Shown piece after piece: positions 38,633 to 48,135 of a stretch of 64,000 bases of DNA (position 1 is its first letter; every line of letters starts with the position of its first letter). The position numbers and the translations under genes are program-made. Where the stretch lies: positions 111,216-175,215 of the forward strand of contig JADFYJ010000002.1 of assembly GCA_015233115.1 (NCBI GenBank), in the 5' to 3' direction. The notes below the pieces were generated by a model. It saw nothing but the letters and a program-made list of their open reading frames with translations. It was not told the DNA's origin and made no database searches. The DNA is from Candidatus Omnitrophota bacterium (lineage in GTDB: Bacteria > Omnitrophota > Gorgyraeia > Zapsychrales > Zapsychraceae).

Positions 38633-40012
38633 TTATTTTTCCCCTAATGTATATATGACCGATGTTGTATAATTTCCGGCATTAATTTCCGGATACGCCA
38701 ACAATCGATAAAAAATTTTAAACTGCGCTGAAGAACCCTTCGAATCTGAAAAATAAACCGGTGTTTCGGCAATGTCCGCGGAATTAAATTCCGTATCTTT
38801 CACGCGTCCGCTTTGATCCGGCAGGATTTCTTGTTTCGTGGTGAAATACCGCTTGTCAATGATCATACCGTGCTCATTTGTCAAAGGTGAAATAAAATGC
38901 TGTAAAACCACATACGGCTTGTTTAAGTTGCTTTCCACCTTTATCAACGCCTCGCGAACTTGCGGTGGAGAATCAGGAACAACTTTGCTGAAATTCATTC
39001 CTCCATCAGGAAATTGTACGTCTATTTTAAAGACCGGTTTAATGTCAATAACCAAATCCAAATCATAGGTTTTTTGCCATTCCACACTCTCGACTATGTA
39101 ACGCACGTTTCCTCGATACTTTCCTGCTTTTTGGGTATTGACTTGGTCCTTGTTTAAATCAAAAATTACCGCAATTTTTTCCGAATCCTGTTTTCCAGAA
39201 TAAACCAACACACGCTTGGAGGATATGCCGCTTAATGCCTGAACTACGGGTGAAGATGAAGCATTTTCCGTTCTAAAACGAAACGCGTCGTGAGAAATCA
39301 ACATTCCTTCATCATTGCGCGGATAAGTTGAAAATTCCTGGTAAATCCGCATATCCTGTCCGTGATTACCTTTAAACTCTATGTTGATGACATCAAAGTT
39401 GATACTTTTAGCATTGTAAGAACGGTCCTCTCGTTCCCGCAAATGGCCGCCGGTCACCTTCATTTCCAATTCGCTTGGCGCTTCGATATTAATGTTTAAA
39501 ATCGCTTCGCCCTGACCTGACCCACCGATAGTCCGCACTAAATATTGAATTCTGGAAGAAAAATTCCCTGATCCCCTTAATTGTTCCGGATCGATACGAT
39601 AAGCAATCGTAAATGAATCGCTCGCGCCTGATGGACTGGAAGAATATAGCAATTGATCTGATATACCAACCGTTTCAGGTACTTGCGCGTACATTGTGCC
39701 TGAGGCGCTGGATCCACTCACCGTATACGCCTTCATCACATTCGGCAGGAGCATGTCTCCCCGTTCATTCCTCAAGCTGTCGATCAGTCTCTGAAAAACC
39801 TGATATTTTCGGCCTTCTGATGAATTCACGCGGATTCTCACTTCTGAATTAACATTCAGACGCATCTGTGCGGATGTGAATTTGATGGTCTGTCCTCCCT
39901 GCACCGAAGAAGCGGATACACTGATTGCCGCTGCACTGTTGGAAGCAAAACTTCCCGCAGAAAAAAAACATACCACCCATATAAATAATAATTTTATTTT
40001 ATTTTGGATCAT
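38633..40012 (-). CDS. secreted 459-aa beta-rich protein (possible tip/adhesin or major subunit)
   Basis: Signal peptide MIQNKIKLLFIWVVCFFSAGSFA; Ser/Thr/Gly-rich, no recognisable enzyme motifs. Confidence 0.45.
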   Translation of the reverse strand: MIQNKIKLLFIWVVCFFSAGSFASNSAAAISVSASSVQGGQTIKFTSAQMRLNVNSEVRIRVNSSEGRKYQVFQRLIDSLRNERGDMLLPNVMKAYTVSGSSASGTMYAQVPETVGISDQLLYSSSPSGASDSFTIAYRIDPEQLRGSGNFSSRIQYLVRTIGGSGQGEAILNINIEAPSELEMKVTGGHLREREDRSYNAKSINFDVINIEFKGNHGQDMRIYQEFSTYPRNDEGMLISHDAFRFRTENASSSPVVQALSGISSKRVLVYSGKQDSEKIAVIFDLNKDQVNTQKAGKYRGNVRYIVESVEWQKTYDLDLVIDIKPVFKIDVQFPDGGMNFSKVVPDSPPQVREALIKVESNLNKPYVVLQHFISPLTNEHGMIIDKRYFTTKQEILPDQSGRVKDTEFNSADIAETPVYFSDSKGSSAQFKIFYRLLAYPEINAGNYTTSVIYTLGEK

Positions 40013-40104
40013 GGAGCATCATCCTTTGTACGTCCAGTATAAGTTACGGATCTTAGACTGTCAATACACCCAAAAATTTATTTCAAAGAGCAGAAAAAAT
40101 TATA

Positions 40105-40764
40105 TCAATTGGTCGTGGTCGAAATGGTGAGTGTTCCCATATAGGTACCAGGTTTATCCGTTGAATAAAACGGTTCCCCCCCTCTGCTCATAAGATCTTT
40201 TTCTTGTCCACTCAGTAAACCGACATATAATCGTAAATATCCTCCCGTTAACAAAGTCTTACTAATCTGTTCGCCAGCAGATATTTCTTTAAAAATTTTC
40301 CAACCATGTCCGTCGATAGCTTGTTCTTTATTATTCACGACTTTAATAAAATTAACCATGCCTTTATATCCTAGGCCTTTTTTTTGCGAAGGAGGCATTG
40401 ATCCTTCAGTATAACGAATAGTGACATTCACGCTTCCTGCTCCGCCAACTGGACTAACATTGATCGCGAAATATTTAGGAGCAATCCAAATTTTATTATC
40501 AGAATCAAAAAGCAAATTCCCAAAATACAAGCTGTCCACTGCAGAAGACCAATCGATATTAACCACTGATGTTTTGGAACTTAAACCTGAACTCATACTA
40601 CTACTTCCCGTTGCTATAGCAAATGCCTCAATTTTCGCGCCCGTAGCCGCAGGAACAGTCGCGGAAATTTGAAAATTAATCGGTTCTGCCGCTGGTGTTG
40701 CAAAAGCGGCAGACGCTATAGCCAAAATAAAAAAAATAAATAAAAAAATTTTTTTCATTTTCAT
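40105..40764 (-). CDS. secreted ~200-aa subunit-like protein, paralog of 37957-38583
   Basis: Start trimmed to MKMKKIFLFIFFILAIASAAFA signal peptide (longer ORF overlapped miaB); C-terminal GTLTISTTTN. Confidence 0.5.
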   Translation of the reverse strand: MKMKKIFLFIFFILAIASAAFATPAAEPINFQISATVPAATGAKIEAFAIATGSSSMSSGLSSKTSVVNIDWSSAVDSLYFGNLLFDSDNKIWIAPKYFAINVSPVGGAGSVNVTIRYTEGSMPPSQKKGLGYKGMVNFIKVVNNKEQAIDGHGWKIFKEISAGEQISKTLLTGGYLRLYVGLLSGQEKDLMSRGGEPFYSTDKPGTYMGTLTISTTTN

Positions 40765-40904
40765 GTTTTTTCTCGCATAAAAATATTTAAAAACGATTAG
40801 ATTTTGATATTGAATATATTTCCGTGGCACCAAAAGTATAAAATATATATAAGAAGGTGTCAAGGGCAAGCAAGAAAATTGGCCCAATCTTAAATGTAAC
40901 AATA

Positions 40905-42215
40905 TCAATGAGTTACATGTTCAGCCTTTAAAATATACGCAGACGCGGCGGTAATTCGGACAGGCAAACACATTGAGGGCTTAATATTGGCATGAGGCAA
41001 GATAACCAATTTATTCGTATCGGTCCTGGCTTCCCAATCATCCGGAGATTTAGATGTGCCTTTTTGTTCAATCAAAACTTCCTGAATCTGACCAATCAAC
41101 TCTCGGTTTTTTTGAGTGGAAGTTTCTTTTTGAAGCGCGTTAAGTAAAACAATCCGCCGGGTTTTTTCTTTTTCTGAGACGTCATCCGGGTATTTTTTCG
41201 ACGCCAATGTCCCTTCCCTTTGTGAATATTTAAAAATAAAAGCCGCGTCAAATTCAACCTGTTTCATCACCTTAACTGTGTCTTCAAATTCATCATCTGT
41301 TTCTGTCGGGAATCCCACGATAATATCCGTTGTTATCGCTAACTGCGGGCACACTTTTCGAAACTTCTTAATCTGTTCCATAAATTGCTTCTGCGTATAA
41401 TGCCGGTTCATTAATTTCAAAATACGATTATTCCCGGACTGAAGCGGAAAATGAATATGTTTACAGATCTTAGGATCCTGAGCGATCAAATCAATCAAAT
41501 GGGGTGGAAAATCTTTAGGGTTCGGTGACATGAACCGGATACGACGGATCCCTTTGATCTGACTGACCATTTGCAATAATTGCGTAAAATCCACGCCATC
41601 ATAATTATAAGAATTCACATTCTGTCCCAGCAAAGTCACCTGCGGATATCCTTCGTCAGCCAGTTTCTTGACCTCATCAACTATGCTCGCCGAAGAACGA
41701 CTGCGTTCGCGGCCGCGCGTATACGGCACCACGCAGAATGAACAAAAATTATTGCACCCGCGCATAATCGAAACCCACGCGTTCACGCCAGGTTTACGCT
41801 TCGGATAAATTTCTTCATAAGTTTCAATATCAGAAAGAACAAAATCAGCCGGCCGCTCATGCTTAATCCCCTGACGGATTAAGTCAGGAAGTTTTTTATA
41901 ACTATCCGGCCCAGCAAAAAAATCCGCCCTGAATTTCTTATCCGCCAGCAAATGATCTTTTTCATGGCTGGCAATGCACCCCAATAACCCGATGATCGGC
42001 GATTTCTTGCCTTTAAACCGATGCCGGATCTCACAAATCTCCCCTTTAATCTTCCGCTGAGCATTATCCCGCACCGAGCAAGTATTCAACAAAATAATAT
42101 CCGCAGCCTCTTCTTTATCGACAAAGGCAAATCCGTCCGCTCTCAATATCGATTCGATCAATTCCGAATCATATTCGTTCATTTGGCAGCCATATGTCCT
42201 CAAAAATATTTTCAT
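40905..42215 (-). CDS. miaB: radical-SAM methylthiotransferase, MiaB-like (tRNA i6A37 methylthiotransferase)
   Basis: N-terminal MTTase domain (MKIFLRTYGCQMNEYDSE), radical SAM CxxxCxxC (CNNFCSFC), C-terminal TRAM-like; start trimmed to ATG 42215. Confidence 0.8.
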   Translation of the reverse strand: MKIFLRTYGCQMNEYDSELIESILRADGFAFVDKEEAADIILLNTCSVRDNAQRKIKGEICEIRHRFKGKKSPIIGLLGCIASHEKDHLLADKKFRADFFAGPDSYKKLPDLIRQGIKHERPADFVLSDIETYEEIYPKRKPGVNAWVSIMRGCNNFCSFCVVPYTRGRERSRSSASIVDEVKKLADEGYPQVTLLGQNVNSYNYDGVDFTQLLQMVSQIKGIRRIRFMSPNPKDFPPHLIDLIAQDPKICKHIHFPLQSGNNRILKLMNRHYTQKQFMEQIKKFRKVCPQLAITTDIIVGFPTETDDEFEDTVKVMKQVEFDAAFIFKYSQREGTLASKKYPDDVSEKEKTRRIVLLNALQKETSTQKNRELIGQIQEVLIEQKGTSKSPDDWEARTDTNKLVILPHANIKPSMCLPVRITAASAYILKAEHVTH

Positions 42216-42439
42216 AATAGCCCTCCAGAAACGACATATAGGTCGTGCCGTTTCCACAATTTTAATACTAGAAAAACTGGCCAGCCGTAGGTGCGAGAAA
42301 TATTTTTTTCTTTAGGCTGGCTTTCCATTAAATCCGAACGCATGCTTATCTCGAGATTAAGAGTCCATCGATCTTAAAAACATTAGATCCTTCGCCAATA
42401 AGGCTCAGGATGACACGTTGTGTTCTGAAATAAAACTCA

Positions 42440-42480
42440 GGACAATATATGTCGTCATTCTGAGAAGCGCAGCGCCGAAG
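42440..42480. repeat. hairpin repeat GTCATTCTGA-N-AAGAATCT (left flank of GIY-YIG gene)
   Basis: gtcattctgagaagcgcagcgccgaagaatct; inverted counterpart at 42781-42826. Confidence 0.55.
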
Positions 42481-42483
42481 AAT

Positions 42484-42777
42484 CTAAACCAACCCCTCGG
42501 ACAAATCTTTCCATTCTGAATTATTAGCTTTGATTAAGTCGATTTTCTTGCTCCGCAACCAACCTTTAATCTGCTTCTCTCGCGTTATCGCATTTATCAT
42601 GTCATCAAATACTTCAAAATAAACCAACTTATTCACATTATATTTCTTAGTAAATCCATCTACCAGTTTATTCTTATGCTCATATATTCTTTTGAGCAAA
42701 ACACTGGTCACGCCCGTATACAGGACTTTATTATTCGCGTTCGTTAAAATATAAACATATCCGTGTTTTTCAGTCAT
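42484..42777 (-). CDS. GIY-YIG nuclease family protein (small stand-alone)
   Basis: 97 aa, GYVYILTN...VLYTGVT...R...EH GIY-YIG core motifs. Confidence 0.8.
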   Translation of the reverse strand: MTEKHGYVYILTNANNKVLYTGVTSVLLKRIYEHKNKLVDGFTKKYNVNKLVYFEVFDDMINAITREKQIKGWLRSKKIDLIKANNSEWKDLSEGLV

Positions 42778-42780
42778 AAT

Positions 42781-42826
42781 TCAGATTCTTCCGTTCACTA
42801 TGTTCAGTGTCAGAATGACAACTTAC
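42781..42826. repeat. hairpin repeat (inverted copy of 42440-42480)
   Basis: reverse complement reads gtcattctgacactgaacatagtgaacggaagaatct. Confidence 0.55.
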
Positions 42827-43322
42827 GTCTACTCATTCGAGGGAGCAATTCCGAGACCATCATACTTATCTCACCAATTAAATTTTGAACGGTACGCTGT
42901 AATGACTTTAAATTTTCTGTTTGTTCTTTCAGACGCTTATCATTAATAGTATAACCTTGAATCAAATGCTGTTTTAAAACATTCGTCGCCCAAATGCGGA
43001 ATTGCGTGCCACGTTTTGATTTAACCCTATAACCAACCGAGATAATAACGTCTAAATTATAGAATACCGTGTCATAGGTCTTGCCGTCGCTGGCAGTTAT
43101 CCGGAAATTCCGGATAACTGAAGTTTTGCTTAATTCTTTCTCTTTAAAGATATTAATAATATGTTCGTTAATCGTACGAACATCTTTATCAAAAAGAGCG
43201 GCCATCTGCTTTTGAGAAAGCCAGACAGTTTCCTCTTTCAACTGGACTTCCAAAGTCGCATTCTCTCCCTTGGGACGAAAAATAACCACATTACCTAAAT
43301 TTGATGTGTCTATTTTATTCAT
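42810..43322 (-). CDS. rhuM: RhuM-family virulence-associated protein, N-terminal half (likely truncated)
   Basis: TVWLSQKQMAALFDKDVRTINEHIINIF...VIRNFRITASDGKTYDTVFYNLDVIISVGYRVKSKRGTQFRIWAT matches RhuM N-terminal region; 170 aa vs ~330 aa typical. Confidence 0.65.
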   Translation of the reverse strand: MNKIDTSNLGNVVIFRPKGENATLEVQLKEETVWLSQKQMAALFDKDVRTINEHIINIFKEKELSKTSVIRNFRITASDGKTYDTVFYNLDVIISVGYRVKSKRGTQFRIWATNVLKQHLIQGYTINDKRLKEQTENLKSLQRTVQNLIGEISMMVSELLPRMSRRKLSF

Positions 43323-43390
43323 AAATTCTCCTTAAAAATTCAACTAAAGTCATATAATATTGCACCCATCGGAGCCATAGGTTTGAAAAA

Positions 43391-43615
43391 CTAATCCAAG
43401 GCCAAAGCAAATTTTATGGCTTTATCAACAGCATGCATTTTTTCAGCTTTAAGGGCGCAAATTCTTTCCGTTAGGATGGATTTTCTAATAGTCGTAATAG
43501 TATCTAAATCCGCAACGCATAATTCGGGCAAGCCATCTTTTTTATTGAGAGGTATTTCAACAGGGATATTCCGAACTGTGGTCGTTATTTGCGCTACAGG
43601 CACAGCGTTGCGCAC
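43391..43615 (-). CDS. hypothetical 74-aa protein downstream of RHH gene (possible toxin-like partner or remnant)
   Basis: Position directly 3-prime of a ribbon-helix-helix gene; no motif recognised. Confidence 0.25.
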   Translation of the reverse strand: MRNAVPVAQITTTVRNIPVEIPLNKKDGLPELCVADLDTITTIRKSILTERICALKAEKMHAVDKAIKFALALD

Positions 43616-43643
43616 ATTGTAAGCTTCGTCATTTCGCCTCGTC

Positions 43644-43940
43644 TCATTTCAATCCCTCCTCTATAAATGCATCAGCAGAAAGTTCCTCCATCGCCTTTAC
43701 CTCATTTATAGATTCGGGTTGGTGACGATACCTCTCCTCATACTGTTCTACCATCTTTTGTTTTTCTCGATTGTCTAACCAAAACCGAATAGCTGTATCA
43801 ATCAGAAAGCTTCTTTGTTCTCCTGATTCTTTACGAATTTTCTCGATACGTTTTAAATCCTCAGCAGGTAAACTGATCGCGATTTTTGTAGCTTTAATCA
43901 TATGTGTTTCTTTTCCTACTAACAGTATAATATATTTCAT
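43644..43940 (-). CDS. ribbon-helix-helix (CopG-like) DNA-binding protein, antitoxin-like
   Basis: KIAISLPAEDLKRIEKIRKESGEQRSFLIDTAIRFWL fits RHH beta-strand plus two helices; likely start at internal MIKATKIAISLP. Confidence 0.5.
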   Translation of the reverse strand: MKYIILLVGKETHMIKATKIAISLPAEDLKRIEKIRKESGEQRSFLIDTAIRFWLDNREKQKMVEQYEERYRHQPESINEVKAMEELSADAFIEEGLK

Positions 43941-43987
43941 ATCAATAGGAAAAATATTTTAAAACCTATAAACACTTATTTTTTCAT

Positions 43988-44623
43988 TTATGTATCCAGC
44001 CTTGTCACCTTAAACTTTACTTTCCCTCCGTCCGGACACGTTGTGCCGGTTTTACAATTCGGATTTTTTTCAAACGAAAAAGTGGCACCGAAATTCATTG
44101 CGAATAAAATCGGAAATAACAAATGATAAGCCGCTCCGCAGAAGCCGTCAGGGGTTTTAAGCCCAGTGACTTCCCATTTATCTCCGACTTTGTAGCCATA
44201 ATGACAGGTATTATCACTGTATTCGACTTCGATCAGCATTTTTTTCGGTTTAGGGCCGGTGGGTTTTACTGTCTGCGGAACAACGACCACTTTGCCGTCT
44301 TTATCTAAAAGTTCGATTTTAAAAGCCATTTTCCCGCCGTCCGGACAGGTATTAATGATCGACGCGGTATTTTCCATAAATGGAAATCTGCCGCCGAACG
44401 TTAAAGCGTGCATGGCCGGAAACGCGGCATGCGCGATGCCTAAACAAAAATGTTCCGGCGCATGAGTAAAATCTTTTAAAATAAACTCATCGCCGACTTT
44501 GTAATTGTGGTAACAAAAATTATTATCATTTTTGACTACAGTAAATTTAAGTTGAGGAAAAGTCATGCCGCCTAATTTAGTATCTTTTTCTTTTTGATTT
44601 TGATGACAATTTTCTGTGCACAT
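43988..44623 (-). CDS. tandem-duplicated Cys/His-rich small domain protein (each half resembles the uncharacterised TIGR04076-type domain)
   Basis: Two ~95-aa repeats each with C-x-H-x-Y-K-V-G-D-(E/K)-(F/W) ... F-C ... A-(H/Y) ... F-G ... C-P-D-G-G-K ... F-K. Confidence 0.5.
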   Translation of the reverse strand: MCTENCHQNQKEKDTKLGGMTFPQLKFTVVKNDNNFCYHNYKVGDEFILKDFTHAPEHFCLGIAHAAFPAMHALTFGGRFPFMENTASIINTCPDGGKMAFKIELLDKDGKVVVVPQTVKPTGPKPKKMLIEVEYSDNTCHYGYKVGDKWEVTGLKTPDGFCGAAYHLLFPILFAMNFGATFSFEKNPNCKTGTTCPDGGKVKFKVTRLDT

Positions 44624-44664
44624 AATAAACCTTTCACGTTAAAAGATGAGTTGTTTTAATTGAA

Positions 44665-45915
44665 TCATTGGCCCGCTCCCATATAATTTAGTTTCTCCCA
44701 CATTATTTTAGAAATAATTTTATTACTTTTAGGGCCATAATGTACACCATCACGAGCAAAATCAAACTGATCAGGAGGTAATTTTAAAAAATCGTCCATT
44801 AAATTTAAGCAAATAATGCCCTTCTTTTCGCTCAAAGAGACCATGTCAACATATTGCCTACGAAAAAGTGGGTCAGTGGCATATTTTCTTATATCCTGCG
44901 CCGTGGGAAGATAGACCAAAATAAATTTTTTATTATCCCCGTTCGCTTCAGTATTTATCTTTTCAAATATTTTTTGTGTAACGATTATAGCTTCAGAATT
45001 ATTGTTCATCATATTTTTAAATAAATTTTTTTTCTGAAACTGACAAATTACCGTTGCCAATAATTTATAAGATATCAACCCTCCAATAAAAGGCGGAGAT
45101 TCATACTTTGCCGTAAAATATGACCGGTCATAAGCCCGAAGATAATTTTTCAGGACATCACTGCAATCAGAAAAATTATTTCGTTGTAAATCCTCATAGG
45201 TTTTATATGGTCTTGAGATCAATTCTAACTTGTTTTGCCTTACGATGAACCGGGAAAACAGCGGGTAATTTTCCCAACCGTCAAGCTGTCTTAAAACGTT
45301 AATATCTCTCCATAAATCCAAGCCTGGAACAAAAACCAACACAGCCACATCATAGTCAATTTTATTTCGTAAATTTTCATATCTCAAAAACGACTGGCCC
45401 ATGCTGTAACCATCCACGCCCAAATTTACAAATTCTAAATTATCGCTTTTTTGGTTGAGAAAAAAAGGCCAGGTTTCCTCTTGAGGAACTCGGCTACAAT
45501 TGGTGAATGAATCACCAAAAATTATAATCCTTTTTTTGCCAGGCAATATATTTTTCGATATATCTTCTCTGGCCCGCGCTCCCCAATTATTGGATTGCCA
45601 CCAGCCGTTACGTGATACCGCGTTTTCAACTGGAACAAAACCCAGAACCGGGTCTTCTTTCAAAATACCCCACAAATCACCTTTGGTCATTTGCTGACCA
45701 TCGACAACCCAGCCCACTGCCAGTTGATCATAATCAGCCTGAAATTTATCGCCAAAAGTTATCTTAAACGGAGGCAATTCTTTACCCCAAAGCACCCCGT
45801 AACACTTCGGCGATGGCTTAATAAACGGTCTGGTTCCAAGTTCAAATATCAATAAAAAAAGAAATATTGAACTGACAGCCAAAATGATATTTTTAGAAAT
45901 TTTCATTTTTATCAA
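44665..45915 (-). CDS. membrane-anchored SGNH hydrolase/acyltransferase-like protein (AlgX/AlgJ-like)
   Basis: N-terminal TM anchor; SGNH blocks: IIFGDSFT (block I Ser), NLGVDGYS (block II Gly), DGVHYG (block V Asp/His). Confidence 0.5.
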   Translation of the reverse strand: MIKMKISKNIILAVSSIFLFLLIFELGTRPFIKPSPKCYGVLWGKELPPFKITFGDKFQADYDQLAVGWVVDGQQMTKGDLWGILKEDPVLGFVPVENAVSRNGWWQSNNWGARAREDISKNILPGKKRIIIFGDSFTNCSRVPQEETWPFFLNQKSDNLEFVNLGVDGYSMGQSFLRYENLRNKIDYDVAVLVFVPGLDLWRDINVLRQLDGWENYPLFSRFIVRQNKLELISRPYKTYEDLQRNNFSDCSDVLKNYLRAYDRSYFTAKYESPPFIGGLISYKLLATVICQFQKKNLFKNMMNNNSEAIIVTQKIFEKINTEANGDNKKFILVYLPTAQDIRKYATDPLFRRQYVDMVSLSEKKGIICLNLMDDFLKLPPDQFDFARDGVHYGPKSNKIISKIMWEKLNYMGAGQ

Positions 45916-46014
45916 TTTAATAATTATTTTGCTTCTGGCGGAAAATAAACCTCAACAGGCCTCCGCTACCATTTTCGCATATAGTTAACACATCAACTAT
46001 ATATTAAAAAAACT

Positions 46015-46533
46015 TTAATCTTTTAACGAGCGAAACCATTTGATCATCATTTCTGATAAAATCTTCTGCTCTGTCCCAGATAATTTATCCGTAATCTCTT
46101 TCATGGTTTTCATATACTCAGGCCAGGCCTGATCCAAAATCTGCGCCCCGCGTTTTGATATCCGCGCGACTTTAATTCTACGGTCTCCATCTCGGCCAAA
46201 CCGTTCGATTAATTTTTCCCGTTCCAATTTATCCAGAAGCCGCGTCATATTCGACGCTGTTACCATTAGACGCTTCCCTATTTCCATCTGGCTTAAGCCT
46301 TCCTGCCCCCCCTGATGTTTAATAATCATCAGCACGTTCATCTTGGCAGGAGTTAAGTCGAAAGTATCCAAAGTTTTAGCGACTTTGTCAAAAAGCACAG
46401 TATAAACCAGCACCAGCCCGTAAAAGGCTTCTTCATAATATCTGCCCTTCCCTGCTTCTATGCCAAATGCCTGTAAGTCGTCCATAGGTCCATCTCCATT
46501 TCTAAATAAAGCATAATATACAATAGTTGACAT
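46015..46533 (-). CDS. MarR family transcriptional regulator
   Basis: winged-HTH region LTPAKMNVLMIIKHQGGQEGLSQMEIGKRLMVTASNMTRLLDKLEREKLIER. Confidence 0.75.
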   Translation of the reverse strand: MSTIVYYALFRNGDGPMDDLQAFGIEAGKGRYYEEAFYGLVLVYTVLFDKVAKTLDTFDLTPAKMNVLMIIKHQGGQEGLSQMEIGKRLMVTASNMTRLLDKLEREKLIERFGRDGDRRIKVARISKRGAQILDQAWPEYMKTMKEITDKLSGTEQKILSEMMIKWFRSLKD

Positions 46534-46583
46534 GTCAACTAATTTATTTGCTATCCAATTCTCAAATGCTATTCCCCTTTACC

Positions 46584-48116
46584 CTACTGAGACGATTTTG
46601 ATTTTTGCTTGACAGATGATACATTATCCTGCGGCATCAGCGCTTCCGAAGTATTAAATTCAGCCGTTTTAAATTGCGCCACCATATTCCGCAAAGCCTC
46701 AGCCTGAGCTGCCATTTGTTCAGCTGACGCAGCCAACTCTTCCGCAGAAGCAGCATTAGCTTCTGTGATTGAGGTATTTTGTTCCGTAGCCGCAGCCTGT
46801 TCTTGAGTCGCGTCGGCAATGTTTTGTAATTCCTGGGCTATTTTTTTAACATTCGCAATGATCGTTATGGTAGTCTCAGCCGCAGCTTGCGAAACCTGCA
46901 CTCCGCAATTAACCTGTTTAAAATTTTCTTTCAACAAATTTCTAATATCTTTAGCGGATGCCGCGCTTCTTTCTGACAATTTTCTGACCTCATCCGCGAC
47001 TACGGCAAAACCTTTGCCATATTCCCCAGCACGCGCCGCTTCAATAGCAGCGTTCAAAGCCAACAAATTAGTCTGTTCCGCGATATCCGTAATAAGATTA
47101 GCCGCTACAGCCATTTGCTTGGAGCCTTTCTCAATCACCCCCATAGCATCAATCGTATTATCCATAGCTTGTTCATTTTTACCTGCTTCTTTGAATACTT
47201 CCTGAGCCGTATGATTCGCTATTTTCGCATTATCCGCGTTTGTCTGCACCGAAGCGGCCAACTCTTCAAAACTCGCTGACTGTTGCTGTGCCCCATCGGA
47301 TATCTGCTGTGATCCACCTGAAACCTCTCCAGACACAGACAAAAGCTGTTCCGCGGAGGAACGAATGCGCGTAATGATCTCTCCTATCTTCTTGACAAAA
47401 ACATTAAACCGTGACGCCAATTCACCCATTTCATCTTTTGAATTTGTCTCAATAGACGTGGAAAGATCACCCGTGCTCAGCTGATCAGCAAACTCACCCA
47501 TTCGTAAAATTGGTTTCATGATCAACCGGTTGAATAATATAAAAATCGCTCCAATCACGATCAGGATCACGATAATTTGAAATGATCCGATCTTCACCAT
47601 ACTTTGCATCATCTCATCCAAACTGGACTGATAAGAAATCGTCATACTGGTAGCCGCGATGACCTCACCCTCTTTAGCGCTGGTGTGGCAGGAAAGACAC
47701 GCTTTGTTTATTATGATTGGCACAACCCTGCGTATACCCCTAAGTTTATTGATGCGGTCTTCCCTGGTTATTTCTTTTCCAGTCTGCAAAACTTTTTTGT
47801 CAATATCATCCTGGGGCTCCCGCCCTTCTTTCTTTCCCACTTCATCATTAAGGGCCGAACTTCTTATAATCCTAAGCTCCTCAACTGACTTAAATTGACG
47901 GGCTTTATCTATATACCCATCCAAAGCTGGCTGCTGACCGCTAGCCATGAAACTATACACAGCTTCTTGAACCGAACTGGATAAATTAGTAACCCCAATG
48001 GTCGCTTGGTGTACCGTCGTTCTGTAGAATGAAAAAACTGTCCAAGTTATCCCCACCCCTAAACCAGCCAACAAAACCGCCGAAATAGTCAGCATAAATT
48101 TTGTTTTTATTTTCAT
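46584..48116 (-). CDS. methyl-accepting chemotaxis protein (TM sensor, HAMP, MCP signalling domain)
   Basis: Highly conserved MCP core [38 protein letters not shown]; start trimmed to MKIKTKF (ATG 48116, GGAGAGAA RBS). Confidence 0.85.
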   Translation of the reverse strand: MKIKTKFMLTISAVLLAGLGVGITWTVFSFYRTTVHQATIGVTNLSSSVQEAVYSFMASGQQPALDGYIDKARQFKSVEELRIIRSSALNDEVGKKEGREPQDDIDKKVLQTGKEITREDRINKLRGIRRVVPIIINKACLSCHTSAKEGEVIAATSMTISYQSSLDEMMQSMVKIGSFQIIVILIVIGAIFILFNRLIMKPILRMGEFADQLSTGDLSTSIETNSKDEMGELASRFNVFVKKIGEIITRIRSSAEQLLSVSGEVSGGSQQISDGAQQQSASFEELAASVQTNADNAKIANHTAQEVFKEAGKNEQAMDNTIDAMGVIEKGSKQMAVAANLITDIAEQTNLLALNAAIEAARAGEYGKGFAVVADEVRKLSERSAASAKDIRNLLKENFKQVNCGVQVSQAAAETTITIIANVKKIAQELQNIADATQEQAAATEQNTSITEANAASAEELAASAEQMAAQAEALRNMVAQFKTAEFNTSEALMPQDNVSSVKQKSKSSQ

Positions 48117-48135
48117 ATTTTCTCTCCTGCTGTAG

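Noticed and set aside
43391-43615. Calling the 74-aa ORF a PIN/VapC or ParE toxin
   Set aside because: It is too short for PIN and lacks the acidic quartet. No RelE/ParE motif was recognisable. Only its position after an RHH gene suggests a TA role, so it is left as hypothetical.
44665-45915. Assigning the 416-aa SGNH protein specifically to alginate O-acetylation (algJ/algX) or to dltD
   Set aside because: Only the SGNH blocks and the N-terminal anchor are visible. There are no algI/MBOAT or dltABC partners nearby, so it is kept at family level.
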